Shown one piece after another: positions 50,651 to 59,843 of a stretch of 64,000 bases of DNA (positions are counted from its first letter, which is position 1; every line of letters starts with the position of its first letter). The notes below the pieces were generated by a model that was given only the letters and a program-made list of their open reading frames with translations, was not told where the DNA came from and did no database searches. Made by a program: the position numbers and the translations under genes. The stretch spans positions 7,116 through 71,115 of the forward strand of contig MGDH01000022.1 of the NCBI GenBank assembly GCA_001790855.1, read 5' to 3'. The DNA comes from Candidatus Schekmanbacteria bacterium RIFCSPLOWO2_02_FULL_38_14 (lineage in GTDB: Bacteria; Schekmanbacteria; GWA2-38-11).

Positions 50651-51829
50651 TCACTTACTCGCTCTCTCAACAGCCATTCTTGCGGCTTCATCTATTGAAA
50701 CGGTTCTGTCGCAGTATGGCACACCATATTTCTTCAATATTCTGAACCCTTCATCCTCCCAAGCGCCTGGAATTCTGAAAACGGTTATGGTTTCTGAAGG
50801 AACCTTGCCGCTTTCAATTACGCCTTTAACTACTCCTCTTGCTACCAGGTCAACTCTGGTGTTGCTGACTACATTCATTATGACTGCAATTTTATTGATT
50901 CCTGGCTTTGAAAGGATGTGCTTGACAAGTTCTTTAACTTTGAAAACAGAAGGGTTCCCTCCAATCTCACAGTAATTGGCAGGTTTGCCGCCATATTTTT
51001 TTATTGCGTCAAATGATGTCAGGCTCGCTCCACCGCCGCCAATCAGAAGACCGAGATTCCCGTCAAATTCAATCATTCTTCCTGCAACTCCACGATGGTC
51101 CATTTTGTCAATTTCCGCTGCCTTTTTCTCAAATTCTGTCTGCTTCTTTGACTGGCTTTCCCTTTCACCAAATTCTGCGACAAGACTCTTTTGGCGGTAG
51201 AGGGCATCGTCATCAATCTCAATATGTCCATCAAGGGCTATGAATTTCCCGTCCTTTGTTTTTCCAAGAGGGTTTATTTCAGCAAGGGTTGCATCATATT
51301 TCAGAAATACCTGAACGAGCCTGTAAAGAACCGATGAAATCTGGAGCAGGTCATTTCCATTTATTCCTGCCTGCGCGACCATTTCTCTTGCATGGTGTTC
51401 CTGAAACCCCTCAATGATGTTAAAACTTTTTCTTACAATTTTTTCAGGATTGGTTTTTGCCAGTTCTTCGATATCAACCCCGCCTTCAGTGCAGAAAATT
51501 ACAACGGGGAGTTTTCTTGTAGTGTCGTAGGTTGCAGCCATAAAGAGCTCTTTTTCAAGAGCTATCTGGTCTTCAACAAGAAGCTTTGAAACAAGGTGGT
51601 TCTTAATAGTGCTTCCGAGAAGCTGCTTTCCTTTATCTTTGGCTTCTTTTAAATCTTTTGAGAAAAGAACACCGCCTGCTTTTCCTCTGCCGCCTGTTGG
51701 TATCTGTGCTTTGATTACAGAAGGAGTTTCCGCCTTGATTTCATCAACAGACGAGACTACCTGCCCTTTGGGTGCCGGAATGTTGTTTGCCTGAAAAATT
51801 TTTTTACTTTCAAATTCATAAAGTCGCAT
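50651..51829 (-). CDS. ADP-forming acyl-CoA synthetase beta subunit (ATP-grasp; SucC/CcsA-like)
   Basis: 'MRLYEFESK', 'KAQI.TGGRGKAGG', 'EINPL'. The ligase domain has GGGGASL instead of SucC NGAGLAM. Confidence 0.85.
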   Translation of the reverse strand: MRLYEFESKKIFQANNIPAPKGQVVSSVDEIKAETPSVIKAQIPTGGRGKAGGVLFSKDLKEAKDKGKQLLGSTIKNHLVSKLLVEDQIALEKELFMAATYDTTRKLPVVIFCTEGGVDIEELAKTNPEKIVRKSFNIIEGFQEHHAREMVAQAGINGNDLLQISSVLYRLVQVFLKYDATLAEINPLGKTKDGKFIALDGHIEIDDDALYRQKSLVAEFGERESQSKKQTEFEKKAAEIDKMDHRGVAGRMIEFDGNLGLLIGGGGASLTSFDAIKKYGGKPANYCEIGGNPSVFKVKELVKHILSKPGINKIAVIMNVVSNTRVDLVARGVVKGVIESGKVPSETITVFRIPGAWEDEGFRILKKYGVPYCDRTVSIDEAARMAVERASK

Positions 51830-51969
51830 TTTCTAACTCCCAAAATATGCTTTGCTTTTAAGCTCAAGTTTATATAAAAATCGTGGCTTTCATATTGATA
51901 TTTGCTCTATTTGTCAAGGCAAAAAACGAAGCAATCTTTTTAAAAAGCTGACAGCAGACAGCTATCAGC

Positions 51970-52035
51970 TTTGAGCATTTGGAATTTGAATAATTTAGAT
52001 ATTGTTTAGGATTTAGGATTTTGAATTTAGAAATT
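51970..52035. repeat. Right arm of the AT-rich 7-nt-period element
   Basis: ATTTAGATATTGTTTAGGATTT is identical to the right arm of copy A. Another right-arm fragment is at about 27467-27492. Confidence 0.7.
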
Positions 52036-52043
52036 AATATCTA

Positions 52044-53018
52044 CTAACTTGCCAACAACCTTGCTGCTTCCTTTGCAAAATATGTGATTATCATATCTGC
52101 GCCTGCGCGTTTGATTGATAGGAGGCTTTCCATCATGATTCGTTTCTCATCTATCCATCCGAGTTTACCGCCTGCTTTTATCATGGAGTATTCACCGCTT
52201 ACCTGAAAGGCTGCAAGAGGGATATTGAACTGCTGTTTAGCCCTGTAGATTATATCAAGATAGGGAAGGGCAGGTTTTACCATTACAATGTCAGCGCCTT
52301 CCTCTATGTCCTGAGCTATTTCTCTTATTGTCTCATCAGAGTTTGCAGGGTCTATCTGGTGAGATTTTCTGTCTCCAAATTCTGGCCTTGATTCTGCTGC
52401 TTCCCTGAAAGGAGCATAAAAAGATGATGCGTATTTTGCTGCATATGACATTATTGATATATCTTCAAAACCGTTTTCATCAAGAATTTTTCTGATTGCT
52501 TTCACTCTTCCATCCATCATATCTGATGGGGCAACAATATCAGCGCCTGCTTCAGCGTGGCTTAAGGAAATTTTTGTCAAAGTATCTATTGTCGCGTCAT
52601 TATCAATTTTTCCTTTTTTAATCACTCCGCAGTGGCCATGGTTTGTGTATTCACACAGACAGATATCAGTGATTACAATAAGTTCAGGAATGTTGTTTTT
52701 AATCCTTCTGATTGCCTTTTGAATTATTCCATCCTTTGTATAGGCTTCTGAGCCAAACTCATCCTTTTTCTTAGGAATTCCAAACAGGATTATTGCGGGG
52801 ATGTTTAATTTACTGACTTCCTTTGCTTCTTTAAGGAGGTTGTCAATTGACAACTGAAAGCATCCGGGCATCGACTTAATTCCATTCCTGACATTTTTCC
52901 CTTCGCAGACAAAAACCGGGCATATAAGGTTGTCAGTTGAAAGCCTTGTTTCTCTGACCATCCTTCTTATATTTTCATTCCTTCTAAGCCGACGCAAACG
53001 GTGAGTTGGGTAAGACAT
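52044..53018 (-). CDS. hemB: Porphobilinogen synthase (Zn-type)
   Basis: '[13 protein letters not shown]', 'PSDMMDGR', 'MVKPA', 'QVSGEY'. Confidence 0.97.
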   Translation of the reverse strand: MSYPTHRLRRLRRNENIRRMVRETRLSTDNLICPVFVCEGKNVRNGIKSMPGCFQLSIDNLLKEAKEVSKLNIPAIILFGIPKKKDEFGSEAYTKDGIIQKAIRRIKNNIPELIVITDICLCEYTNHGHCGVIKKGKIDNDATIDTLTKISLSHAEAGADIVAPSDMMDGRVKAIRKILDENGFEDISIMSYAAKYASSFYAPFREAAESRPEFGDRKSHQIDPANSDETIREIAQDIEEGADIVMVKPALPYLDIIYRAKQQFNIPLAAFQVSGEYSMIKAGGKLGWIDEKRIMMESLLSIKRAGADMIITYFAKEAARLLAS

Positions 53019-53112
53019 AATATATTATCTTTCTATTTAAATTCTAAAGCCAATTCTCCTTTATAAAACTCTTTTGGCAACCTGTGTCTTTTTTTTACAA
53101 ACATTTTATTCT

Positions 53113-53135
53113 CGCAGGCTAAAGCCTGCGGCTAC
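53113..53135 (-). repeat. GTAG-type REP-like hairpin
   Basis: Minus strand GTAG-C-CGCAGGC-TTTA-GCCTGCG directly after the cobA/hemD stop. Confidence 0.6.
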
Positions 53136-53140
53136 CATTG

Positions 53141-54664
53141 TTAATTAATATTATTAAAATAATTATCAATCGCTTCTACCATTCCTTTAATGGTGTATTC
53201 TTTTGGCATGATATCTGCTTTCATTTCAAACTCTTCAATTGCCTTTGATGTTACAGGACCAATTGAAGCTATGCTTATCTTATTAAAATAATAGATTATT
53301 TCTTTTTTTGTAAATAAATTAAAAAAGCTTTTTACCCCGGAAGGGCTTGTAAATGCAACAACATCTGCGTTGTTTTCTTTTAAAAGAGATTTAACTTTAT
53401 TGCAGTTGACCTTTTCATTCTGAATTCTGTATAAGACTATTTCATCAACTTTTGCTCCTATTTTTTTGAGCCCTAAAGGCAATACCTTGCTTGTTTCCTG
53501 TGCCCTCGGGATTAAAATATTTTTTCCCTTAAGAGAATATTTTTTTAAGCCTGACAGAAGTGCTTCTGAATTATACTTTTTTGGGATAAAGCTTGCTTTG
53601 ATTCCATATTTTTTTAGTTTTCCACCGGTTACTTTTCCGATAACTGCAAATTTAATTGCCTTAAAATCCTTTAAATGTTTTCCTTTTAAAATAAATCTTT
53701 TCATGAACAAATCTATTCCGTTCTGGCTTGTAAAGATTATCCAGTGGTATTTATTTATTTCCTTTATTGCTTTATCAATTATGAGAAAGTTTTCAACCGG
53801 AACTATTTTTATAACCGGAAGCTTAATTGCTTCTGCGCCGAAATTTTCAAGATGAGATGCTATTTTCGAGGCTCCGGGCTCCGGGCTTGTTATAAGAAAT
53901 TTTTTATTAAAGAGAGGTTTCTTTTCATACCATCTAAGCTTTTTGCTTAAATTCACCACATCTCCAATAACAATTACTGCTGGAGGTTTTACCCTTTTAG
54001 TATTAGTCTTATTTTTTAATTCTTTAATAGTCCCGGTCAGAATTTCCTGCCGGGGTGTTGTACCTGAACTTATTATTGCTATCTGAGCAGAAGGGGATTT
54101 GCCAAGCCTTATGAAGTCGTCAAGTATTGAGCCAAGATTTCCTGCTCCCATCAGTATTACCAGAGTTCCTTGCAGGCTTGCTATCTCCTTTGTGATTACC
54201 GGCAGTGAAGAGCCATCTTTTTTATGTCCTGTAATGAAAGTAACAGCAGAGGCATAGTCTCTGTGCGTCAAAGGAATCCCTGCATAGGTAGGAACTGCGA
54301 TTGCAGAGCTGACTCCGGGAACTATTTCAAAGGGAATTCTTTTTTCTGCAAGTGCAAGGGCTTCTTCTCCTCCTCTGCCAAAGATAAAAGGGTCTCCTCC
54401 CTTTAAACGGACGATTGTCTTCCCTTCCCTTGCTTTCTTTATGATTAACCTGTTAATTTCATCCTGTTTTATTGAATGGGATTTTGGTTTTTTGCCAAAG
54501 TATATCAGCTCAGCATCTTCTCTTGCGTAGGATAGAATGTCCTGATTAATGAGGCGGTCATAAACGACAACATCAGCATTTTTAATGCAGTTCACTCCTT
54601 TAAGGGTAATGAGTGAAGGATCTCCGGGACCGGCACCAACAAGATAAACTTTTCCTTTGTTCAT
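53141..54664 (-). CDS. cobA: Uroporphyrinogen-III C-methyltransferase / synthase fusion (CobA-HemD)
   Basis: 'LVGAGPGDP', 'RLKGGDPFIFGRGGEE', then HemD 'FTSQNG...IG..T...FTSPS...SIGPVT'. Confidence 0.95.
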   Translation of the reverse strand: MNKGKVYLVGAGPGDPSLITLKGVNCIKNADVVVYDRLINQDILSYAREDAELIYFGKKPKSHSIKQDEINRLIIKKAREGKTIVRLKGGDPFIFGRGGEEALALAEKRIPFEIVPGVSSAIAVPTYAGIPLTHRDYASAVTFITGHKKDGSSLPVITKEIASLQGTLVILMGAGNLGSILDDFIRLGKSPSAQIAIISSGTTPRQEILTGTIKELKNKTNTKRVKPPAVIVIGDVVNLSKKLRWYEKKPLFNKKFLITSPEPGASKIASHLENFGAEAIKLPVIKIVPVENFLIIDKAIKEINKYHWIIFTSQNGIDLFMKRFILKGKHLKDFKAIKFAVIGKVTGGKLKKYGIKASFIPKKYNSEALLSGLKKYSLKGKNILIPRAQETSKVLPLGLKKIGAKVDEIVLYRIQNEKVNCNKVKSLLKENNADVVAFTSPSGVKSFFNLFTKKEIIYYFNKISIASIGPVTSKAIEEFEMKADIMPKEYTIKGMVEAIDNYFNNIN

Positions 54665-55575
54665 ATTCTTAGAATTTCTTTTCCGCCATTCTCCAATAAT
54701 TTTTCTGCAAGCCTGATTCCTATCTCTTCAAAAGAGTTTATTTCTCCTTCCATGCTATCCCTGATAACTTTCTTTCCATCTTTTGTAGCAACAAGCCCTG
54801 TCAGTTTTAGTTTTTTATTTAAAACCTCTCCATAGGCTGCAACAGGAAATCTGCATGATGCTCCAATTTTTTTTGTGAAAACTCTTTCTGCAGAAACAGC
54901 AATAAGGCTCTCCCTGTTGTTGAGAAAGCTGACGAATTCCTGTATATCAGTATCATCATTTCTTGTTTCAATACCAAGCGCGCCCTGCCCGGCATCAGGG
55001 AGCATAATATCAGTTGAGATGTATTCAGTAATTTTATCTTTTAATCCAAGCCTTATAAGTCCTGCTGCTGCAAGAACGATTGCGTCATAATCTTCATTTT
55101 CTAACTTCTTAAGCCTTGTATCAACATTGCCTCTTATGTCTTTTATCAACAGGTCTTTCCTTGAATTTAAAATCTGAGCTTTCCTTCGCAGGCTTGATGT
55201 GCCAACAATTGAGTTGTGAGGCAATTCCTTAAGCTTCCCTCTTTTTGAAATCAGCACATCCCTTGGGTCTTCCCGTTCAGTTATTGCAGCTATACAAAGT
55301 TCATCAGGAATAGTGACTGGCACATCTTTCATGCTGTGGACACCAATATCGATTTCTTCTTTCAAGAGTGCTTCTTCAATTTCCTTTATGAACATATCAT
55401 TTTTGCTAAATTCTCTTAATGGCTTGTCAGGTAATTTGTCGCCATAAGTTTTAATTTTGATTATTTTGACCTCTAATAGTGGATATTTTTTAACGATTTG
55501 CGCTTTTACCCAATCAGACTGTTTTAAGGCAAGAGGGCTTTTCCTTGTGCCAAGCCTCAGCTTTGTAATAACCAT
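54661..55575 (-). CDS. hemC: Hydroxymethylbilane synthase
   Basis: 'GTRKSPLA', 'VHSMKDVP', 'GTSSLRR', 'RGNVDTRL', cofactor Cys 'ASC'. Confidence 0.97.
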   Translation of the reverse strand: MVITKLRLGTRKSPLALKQSDWVKAQIVKKYPLLEVKIIKIKTYGDKLPDKPLREFSKNDMFIKEIEEALLKEEIDIGVHSMKDVPVTIPDELCIAAITEREDPRDVLISKRGKLKELPHNSIVGTSSLRRKAQILNSRKDLLIKDIRGNVDTRLKKLENEDYDAIVLAAAGLIRLGLKDKITEYISTDIMLPDAGQGALGIETRNDDTDIQEFVSFLNNRESLIAVSAERVFTKKIGASCRFPVAAYGEVLNKKLKLTGLVATKDGKKVIRDSMEGEINSFEEIGIRLAEKLLENGGKEILRI

Positions 55576-55613
55576 TGGCAGTTTTCAATAAACGGGTTTG
55601 AGAGAATCAACAA

Positions 55614-56165
55614 TTAATTGTGAATATTCTTTCTGCCATTTCTGGCTACTAAAGATAAACGCATAGATTTCAATCTATCTCTAATCCTTGCCAATCTTTC
55701 AAGCTCTGCTCCATATTCCTTCCCAACGATATCTTCAAGCATTATTCTTAACTTTTTTGCAAAAGCCGGATATCTCCCGCTTGTGGAAATCGCTATCACA
55801 AGGTCTCCTCTCCGTATCACAGAAGGCATTATAAAGTCACATAGTTCAGGGCCATCAGCTACATTAACCAGCACTTTTCTTTTTTTAGCCTCTTTTGCAA
55901 CTTCCTTGTTGATTTCAGAATCATCAGTTGCCACCACTGCAAGAAATGTATCCTTCAAATCCCCAACCCGGTATTTTCTGCAAATAACACTAATCTCAGA
56001 TTTGTCTGCTAATCTCCTGATGTTTTTTGTGATTTTCGGGCTAACCACCATCATCTTTGCCCCACAATTAAGAAGGGACATTATTTTCCTCTCAGCTACT
56101 TTTCCACCACCTATAACTACACATTTTTTCCCATTGATATTTAAATGTATTGGATAATATTTCAT
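55614..56165 (-). CDS. Precorrin-2 dehydrogenase/ferrochelatase (CysG-N/SirC)
   Basis: 'YYPI.L', 'IGGGKVAERK', 'NVAD.P.LCDF.MP', 'IAIST.G'. Confidence 0.88.
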   Translation of the reverse strand: MKYYPIHLNINGKKCVVIGGGKVAERKIMSLLNCGAKMMVVSPKITKNIRRLADKSEISVICRKYRVGDLKDTFLAVVATDDSEINKEVAKEAKKRKVLVNVADGPELCDFIMPSVIRRGDLVIAISTSGRYPAFAKKLRIMLEDIVGKEYGAELERLARIRDRLKSMRLSLVARNGRKNIHN

Positions 56166-56244
56166 AGCAAAATAAAAGTAGAACCTGTTAATTGTTTGCA
56201 AACTATAGTTTGTAAGAATGGTAATGTCAAATGCAGTATTTAAT

Positions 56245-56422
56245 TCCTTTAAACACCATCCCCATTACTTCCACTCTGCCTGTGCGGAGCACGCCTGACT
56301 GCGAGCATCGCTCAGGCAGGCAGACAGGTCTCTTTTGTTCTTTTATTGTCAAAGTTATGTTTTCCATAACCTGACATTTTAACCTTGCAGTTAACCCCTG
56401 TCATTTTTACTTTGCTACCACA
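56245..56422 (-). mobile_element. Left-end remnant of an IS1202/ISNCY-like element
   Basis: Minus strand starts with TGT, then two sub-repeats GCAAAGTAAAAATGACAGG / GCAAGGTTAAAATGTCAGG, then ATG 56367: MENITLTIKEQKR[54-bp insert]VEVMGMVFKG, resembling ISNCY transposase N-termini. Confidence 0.65.
56275..56328. repeat. Two nested 27-bp mini-palindromes
   Basis: Outer TCTGCCTG-TGCGGAGCACG...CAGACAGG; inner CCTGACTG-CGAGCATCGCT-CAGGCAGG at 56294-56320. Confidence 0.78.
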
Positions 56423-56507
56423 GTATAATTAAAATGCCTTGACAAAAGAGGTTTTTATAAAATAATAGAATATTTTTAAGTTAATTTAGTAAAAAGGAGC
56501 AATACAG

Positions 56508-57641
56508 ATGTATGAACTTACAGAAGAACAGAAGATGCTCAAAGAACTTGCAAGACAGATTGCCGAGGAAGAAATAAAACCTATCAGGGCAGAGCTTGAT
56601 AATACAGGAGAGTTCCCTTATAAAGTAGTAAAGGCTCTTGTTGACGCTGACCTTATGGGTTTGTTTATTCCAACTGAATATGGCGGTTCAGCCCAGGGAA
56701 CTTTTGAGATGTGTCTTGTTATGGAAGAGCTTTCAAAGGCGTGCGGAGGAATAGCCCTTTGCTATGGCGCAACAGCCCTTGGAACTTATCCAATACTTCT
56801 TTTTGGCAGCGAGGAGCAGAAAAAAAAATATCTTCCAAGGATTGTAAAGGGGGAGCTTGCTGCATTTGCTCTTACAGAGGCTGAAGCAGGAAGCGATGCG
56901 GGTGGTGTCAGGCTGAAGGCTGAAGCTGGTGGCGATTATTATGTTCTTAACGGCGTAAAGCAGTGGATAACCAACGGAGGGGTTGCAGAAATCTACACAG
57001 TAATTGCTGCAACCAATAAAGCAAGGGGAAGCCGAGGGCTGTCAGGATTCATAGTTGAAAAGAATACACCCGGCTTTACTTTCGGGAACAAGGCAGACAA
57101 GATGGGCATAAGGGCTTCAATAACAAGCGAGCTTGTTTTTGAGGATTGCCACGTACCAAAGGCTAATATGCTTGGGAAAGAGGGAATGGGTTTTCCTGTT
57201 GCAATAAAAACCCTTGATAAGGCAAGGCCCGGTGTTGCAGCGCAGGCGCTTGGAATTGCGCAGGGAGCCCTTGATGAAGCTGTTGCATATTCAAAGACAA
57301 GGGTTCAGTTTGGGAAAGCAATCTCAACCTTTCAGACAATTCAGGTTATGCTTGCAGATATGGCAACAAAAACTGAGGCTGCAAGGGCGCTTGTTTACTC
57401 AGTGGCAAAATATATTGACAGCGGAGCTTCTGACATTTCAAAAGAATCCGCAATGTGCAAGCTCTATGCCTCTGATGTTGCAATGGAGGTAACAACTGAT
57501 GCTGTGCAGATTCTTGGCGGATACGGATATATGAGGGATTACCCTGTTGAAAAGATGATGCGTGATGCAAAGATAACCCAAATCTATGAAGGCACAAACC
57601 AGATTCAGAGGCTTGTAATTGCGAACAGGCTGCTGAGGTAA
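56508..57641 (+). CDS. Short-chain acyl-CoA dehydrogenase (butyryl-CoA DH-like)
   Basis: 'FALTEAEAGSD', 'KQWITNG', 'KMGIR', 'QILGGYGY', 'IYEGTNQIQR'. Confidence 0.95.
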   Translation: MYELTEEQKMLKELARQIAEEEIKPIRAELDNTGEFPYKVVKALVDADLMGLFIPTEYGGSAQGTFEMCLVMEELSKACGGIALCYGATALGTYPILLFGSEEQKKKYLPRIVKGELAAFALTEAEAGSDAGGVRLKAEAGGDYYVLNGVKQWITNGGVAEIYTVIAATNKARGSRGLSGFIVEKNTPGFTFGNKADKMGIRASITSELVFEDCHVPKANMLGKEGMGFPVAIKTLDKARPGVAAQALGIAQGALDEAVAYSKTRVQFGKAISTFQTIQVMLADMATKTEAARALVYSVAKYIDSGASDISKESAMCKLYASDVAMEVTTDAVQILGGYGYMRDYPVEKMMRDAKITQIYEGTNQIQRLVIANRLLR

Positions 57642-57803
57642 ATAGCTGTCAGCATTCAGCTATCAGATGTCAGTTTCCCATCAATAGTATTTTTTCATTG
57701 TCAATCAATAAACAGAATGGTATTATTTCCTTATTAAAGTTTGCATTGCTTAATTCACTTTCATTCAGACAAGTCCTTATTTAAGCAAAATCTGGATAAA
57801 AAT

Positions 57804-57992
57804 ATGGTTAAGAAAGTATTGAAAAGAAGTAATTTTAAAAATTCCTTATCAATAAAAGAGGACCTGTCATATTGGTTGAGCAGACCTACTGAAGAGCGCA
57901 TTTCAGCAGTAGAGTATCTAAGAAAACAATATTATGGAAGTACAGCAAGACTTCAGAGAGTTGTTAGCATTATTCAATTCCCACAAAGTTGA
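57804..57992 (+). CDS. Small basic protein, putative partner of the nucleotidyltransferase
   Basis: 'DLSYWLSRPTEERISAVEYLR'. Overlaps the downstream gene by 59 bp. Confidence 0.6.
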   Translation: MVKKVLKRSNFKNSLSIKEDLSYWLSRPTEERISAVEYLRKQYYGSTARLQRVVSIIQFPQS

Positions 57993-58380
57993 ATACATAA
58001 TCACAGGGGGGTATGCCTTGGCGTTTCATGGCGCCCCTCGCTATACTGGTGATCTTGATATTTTTGTAAAACCCGATGAAGAAAACGCCCGCAGGGTATT
58101 AGCAGCACTTGATGAATTTGGATTTGGTTCAGTTGGCCTGAAGGAATCAGATTTTACTTATCCTGAGAAAGTTGTACAGCTTGGTGTTCCACCAGTCCGT
58201 ATTGATATTATTTCATCCCTGTCAGGAGTTTTATGGGAAGAGGCACTTTTGGGCAGAGTCGAAGGAAAATATGGAGACATTTCCGTATATTACCTTGGTA
58301 AAAATCAGTTTATATCTAACAAGAGAGCAATGGGGAGGAAAAAGGACATGGCTGATATTGAGGCACTTGGTGAAGAATAA
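57934..58380 (+). CDS. Minimal nucleotidyltransferase-family protein
   Basis: 'GGYA..HG.PRYTGDLDI', 'RIDI', 'K...GR.KD..D'. Confidence 0.85.
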   Translation: MEVQQDFRELLALFNSHKVEYIITGGYALAFHGAPRYTGDLDIFVKPDEENARRVLAALDEFGFGSVGLKESDFTYPEKVVQLGVPPVRIDIISSLSGVLWEEALLGRVEGKYGDISVYYLGKNQFISNKRAMGRKKDMADIEALGEE

Positions 58381-58406
58381 AAAAGAGCGGGAAACAAAAT
58401 CCCTTT

Positions 58407-59687
58407 CTACAGACACTGCATCAGGTTTCGGCTCCAGAGGCAGTCGCCGCAAGGCTCGTCGTTCCCAAAGCAGTCTCCCTCAAACCTGTCTAAGAATCCG
58501 CAGCTTCCATAGGCAGGGCATTCAAGGCAGTGAGGATAAGTAAATTTATCAACACATGCCCTTAGTTCAACAAACTTTTTGGAATTCCAGATTTTTTCTA
58601 AAGATTTGTCATTTATATTCCCAAGACTCAATGGATAAACCTCACGACTTGTGCTGTCAAGATGGAATTTATGGGAGTGCATTAGCCTTGAGCAGGGTTT
58701 TACCTCGCCATCCCAAGAAATAAAAGCAGTTCTGTTCTTAACGAATTTGCATTCACGCTTTACATCTGAGTTTATTGGTGGAAGTGATAGCTCTATATTC
58801 AGCTTATCTGCTATTTTTTTTGTGGCTGCAAAAATATCTCTTTCCTTTGCAAGTGTTTTTTCATCTCTTTCAAAAAGCTTTCTTAAGTTTAGGAATATAT
58901 CGTGGGATGCTGCTTCAGAATATGCGTCATTTATAACTGAATTTAATTTCTGTTCATACTCTTTTGTAACCATTTCTTTTCTGAAGAAGCTGAAGTTATA
59001 GTAATTTTTAAGATTCACTCCCTCTGTCCTTGCGCGTTTCATTGCTTTCTGGAAAATATCAATTGAAGCCTGAGACAGCATTTCAAATGATACCTCATTG
59101 AGCATTTCTTCTGTGTAGGGGAGGAGATGGGAAACTATTATAAACTCTATTTTATTTTCCTTTGCAAAATTTACTGCAAGAGGAAGCTCATCAAGATTGC
59201 GTTTCATTACCACGAATTCAAGTCCGAGTTTAGGCTTGCTTGTTTTTATTTTCTCTTTATACTGATTAATAAAATCTATGCTTTCTTTAATCTTTTTAAA
59301 ATTTCCGCCCCTTCTTATATAGCCATAGGTTTCTGGTTTTATTCCGTCTATTGAGATTACAAGTTTGTCAATTTTGCTGCTTACAATTGCCTGAGCAGTT
59401 TTTTCGCATATAAGCATTGCGTTTGTTGTAAAACCGATTTCACTGTTTTCAGGCAAAAGTTCCTTTGCGATTTTAATTATTTCAAAAAGGCTGGCGTTCA
59501 TCAAAGGTTCGCCGAGTCCGGTAAGATTCAGAAATTTTATTTGAGGCAAAGCAGGGATGAGTTTTTTAAATGTGCTGAGGTCCATATCTCCCTGATTTTC
59601 AGAGAATGTACCTCTCATGCACGTCCTGCAACTGATATTGCAGCGTGAAGATGTTTCAACATAAAGCTGTTTGATATGGTCTGTCAT
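58407..59687 (-). CDS. Radical SAM/SPASM protein, tungsten-oxidoreductase maturase-like
   Basis: CxxxCxxC 'CNISCRTC', 'GLGEPL', Cys-rich C-terminus 'CLEC...C...DC.GN..PCGDCLW....QC'. Downstream of aor-moaD. Confidence 0.85.
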   Translation of the reverse strand: MTDHIKQLYVETSSRCNISCRTCMRGTFSENQGDMDLSTFKKLIPALPQIKFLNLTGLGEPLMNASLFEIIKIAKELLPENSEIGFTTNAMLICEKTAQAIVSSKIDKLVISIDGIKPETYGYIRRGGNFKKIKESIDFINQYKEKIKTSKPKLGLEFVVMKRNLDELPLAVNFAKENKIEFIIVSHLLPYTEEMLNEVSFEMLSQASIDIFQKAMKRARTEGVNLKNYYNFSFFRKEMVTKEYEQKLNSVINDAYSEAASHDIFLNLRKLFERDEKTLAKERDIFAATKKIADKLNIELSLPPINSDVKRECKFVKNRTAFISWDGEVKPCSRLMHSHKFHLDSTSREVYPLSLGNINDKSLEKIWNSKKFVELRACVDKFTYPHCLECPAYGSCGFLDRFEGDCFGNDEPCGDCLWSRNLMQCL

Positions 59688-59775
59688 AATGATTAAGAAT
59701 ACTAATTTAATTAAAAAAATCCATGATTTTAATCATAGTTTATTGAAAAAAGTTTAGCAGAAAGCTTATATCCCA

Positions 59776-59805
59776 TAAAATAAAAACGCACCCAAAGGGG
59801 TGCGC
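59776..59805 (-). terminator. Rho-independent terminator after moaD
   Basis: Minus strand CGCACCC-CTTT-GGGTGCG followed by TTTTTATTTT. Confidence 0.7.
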
Positions 59806-59843
59806 AACATTTTGCAATTTAAAATTTCCAATTTTAAATTTAT

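Noticed and set aside
56423..56440. Xer recombination site next to the IS1202-like end
   Set aside because: No convincing XerC/XerD arm pair.
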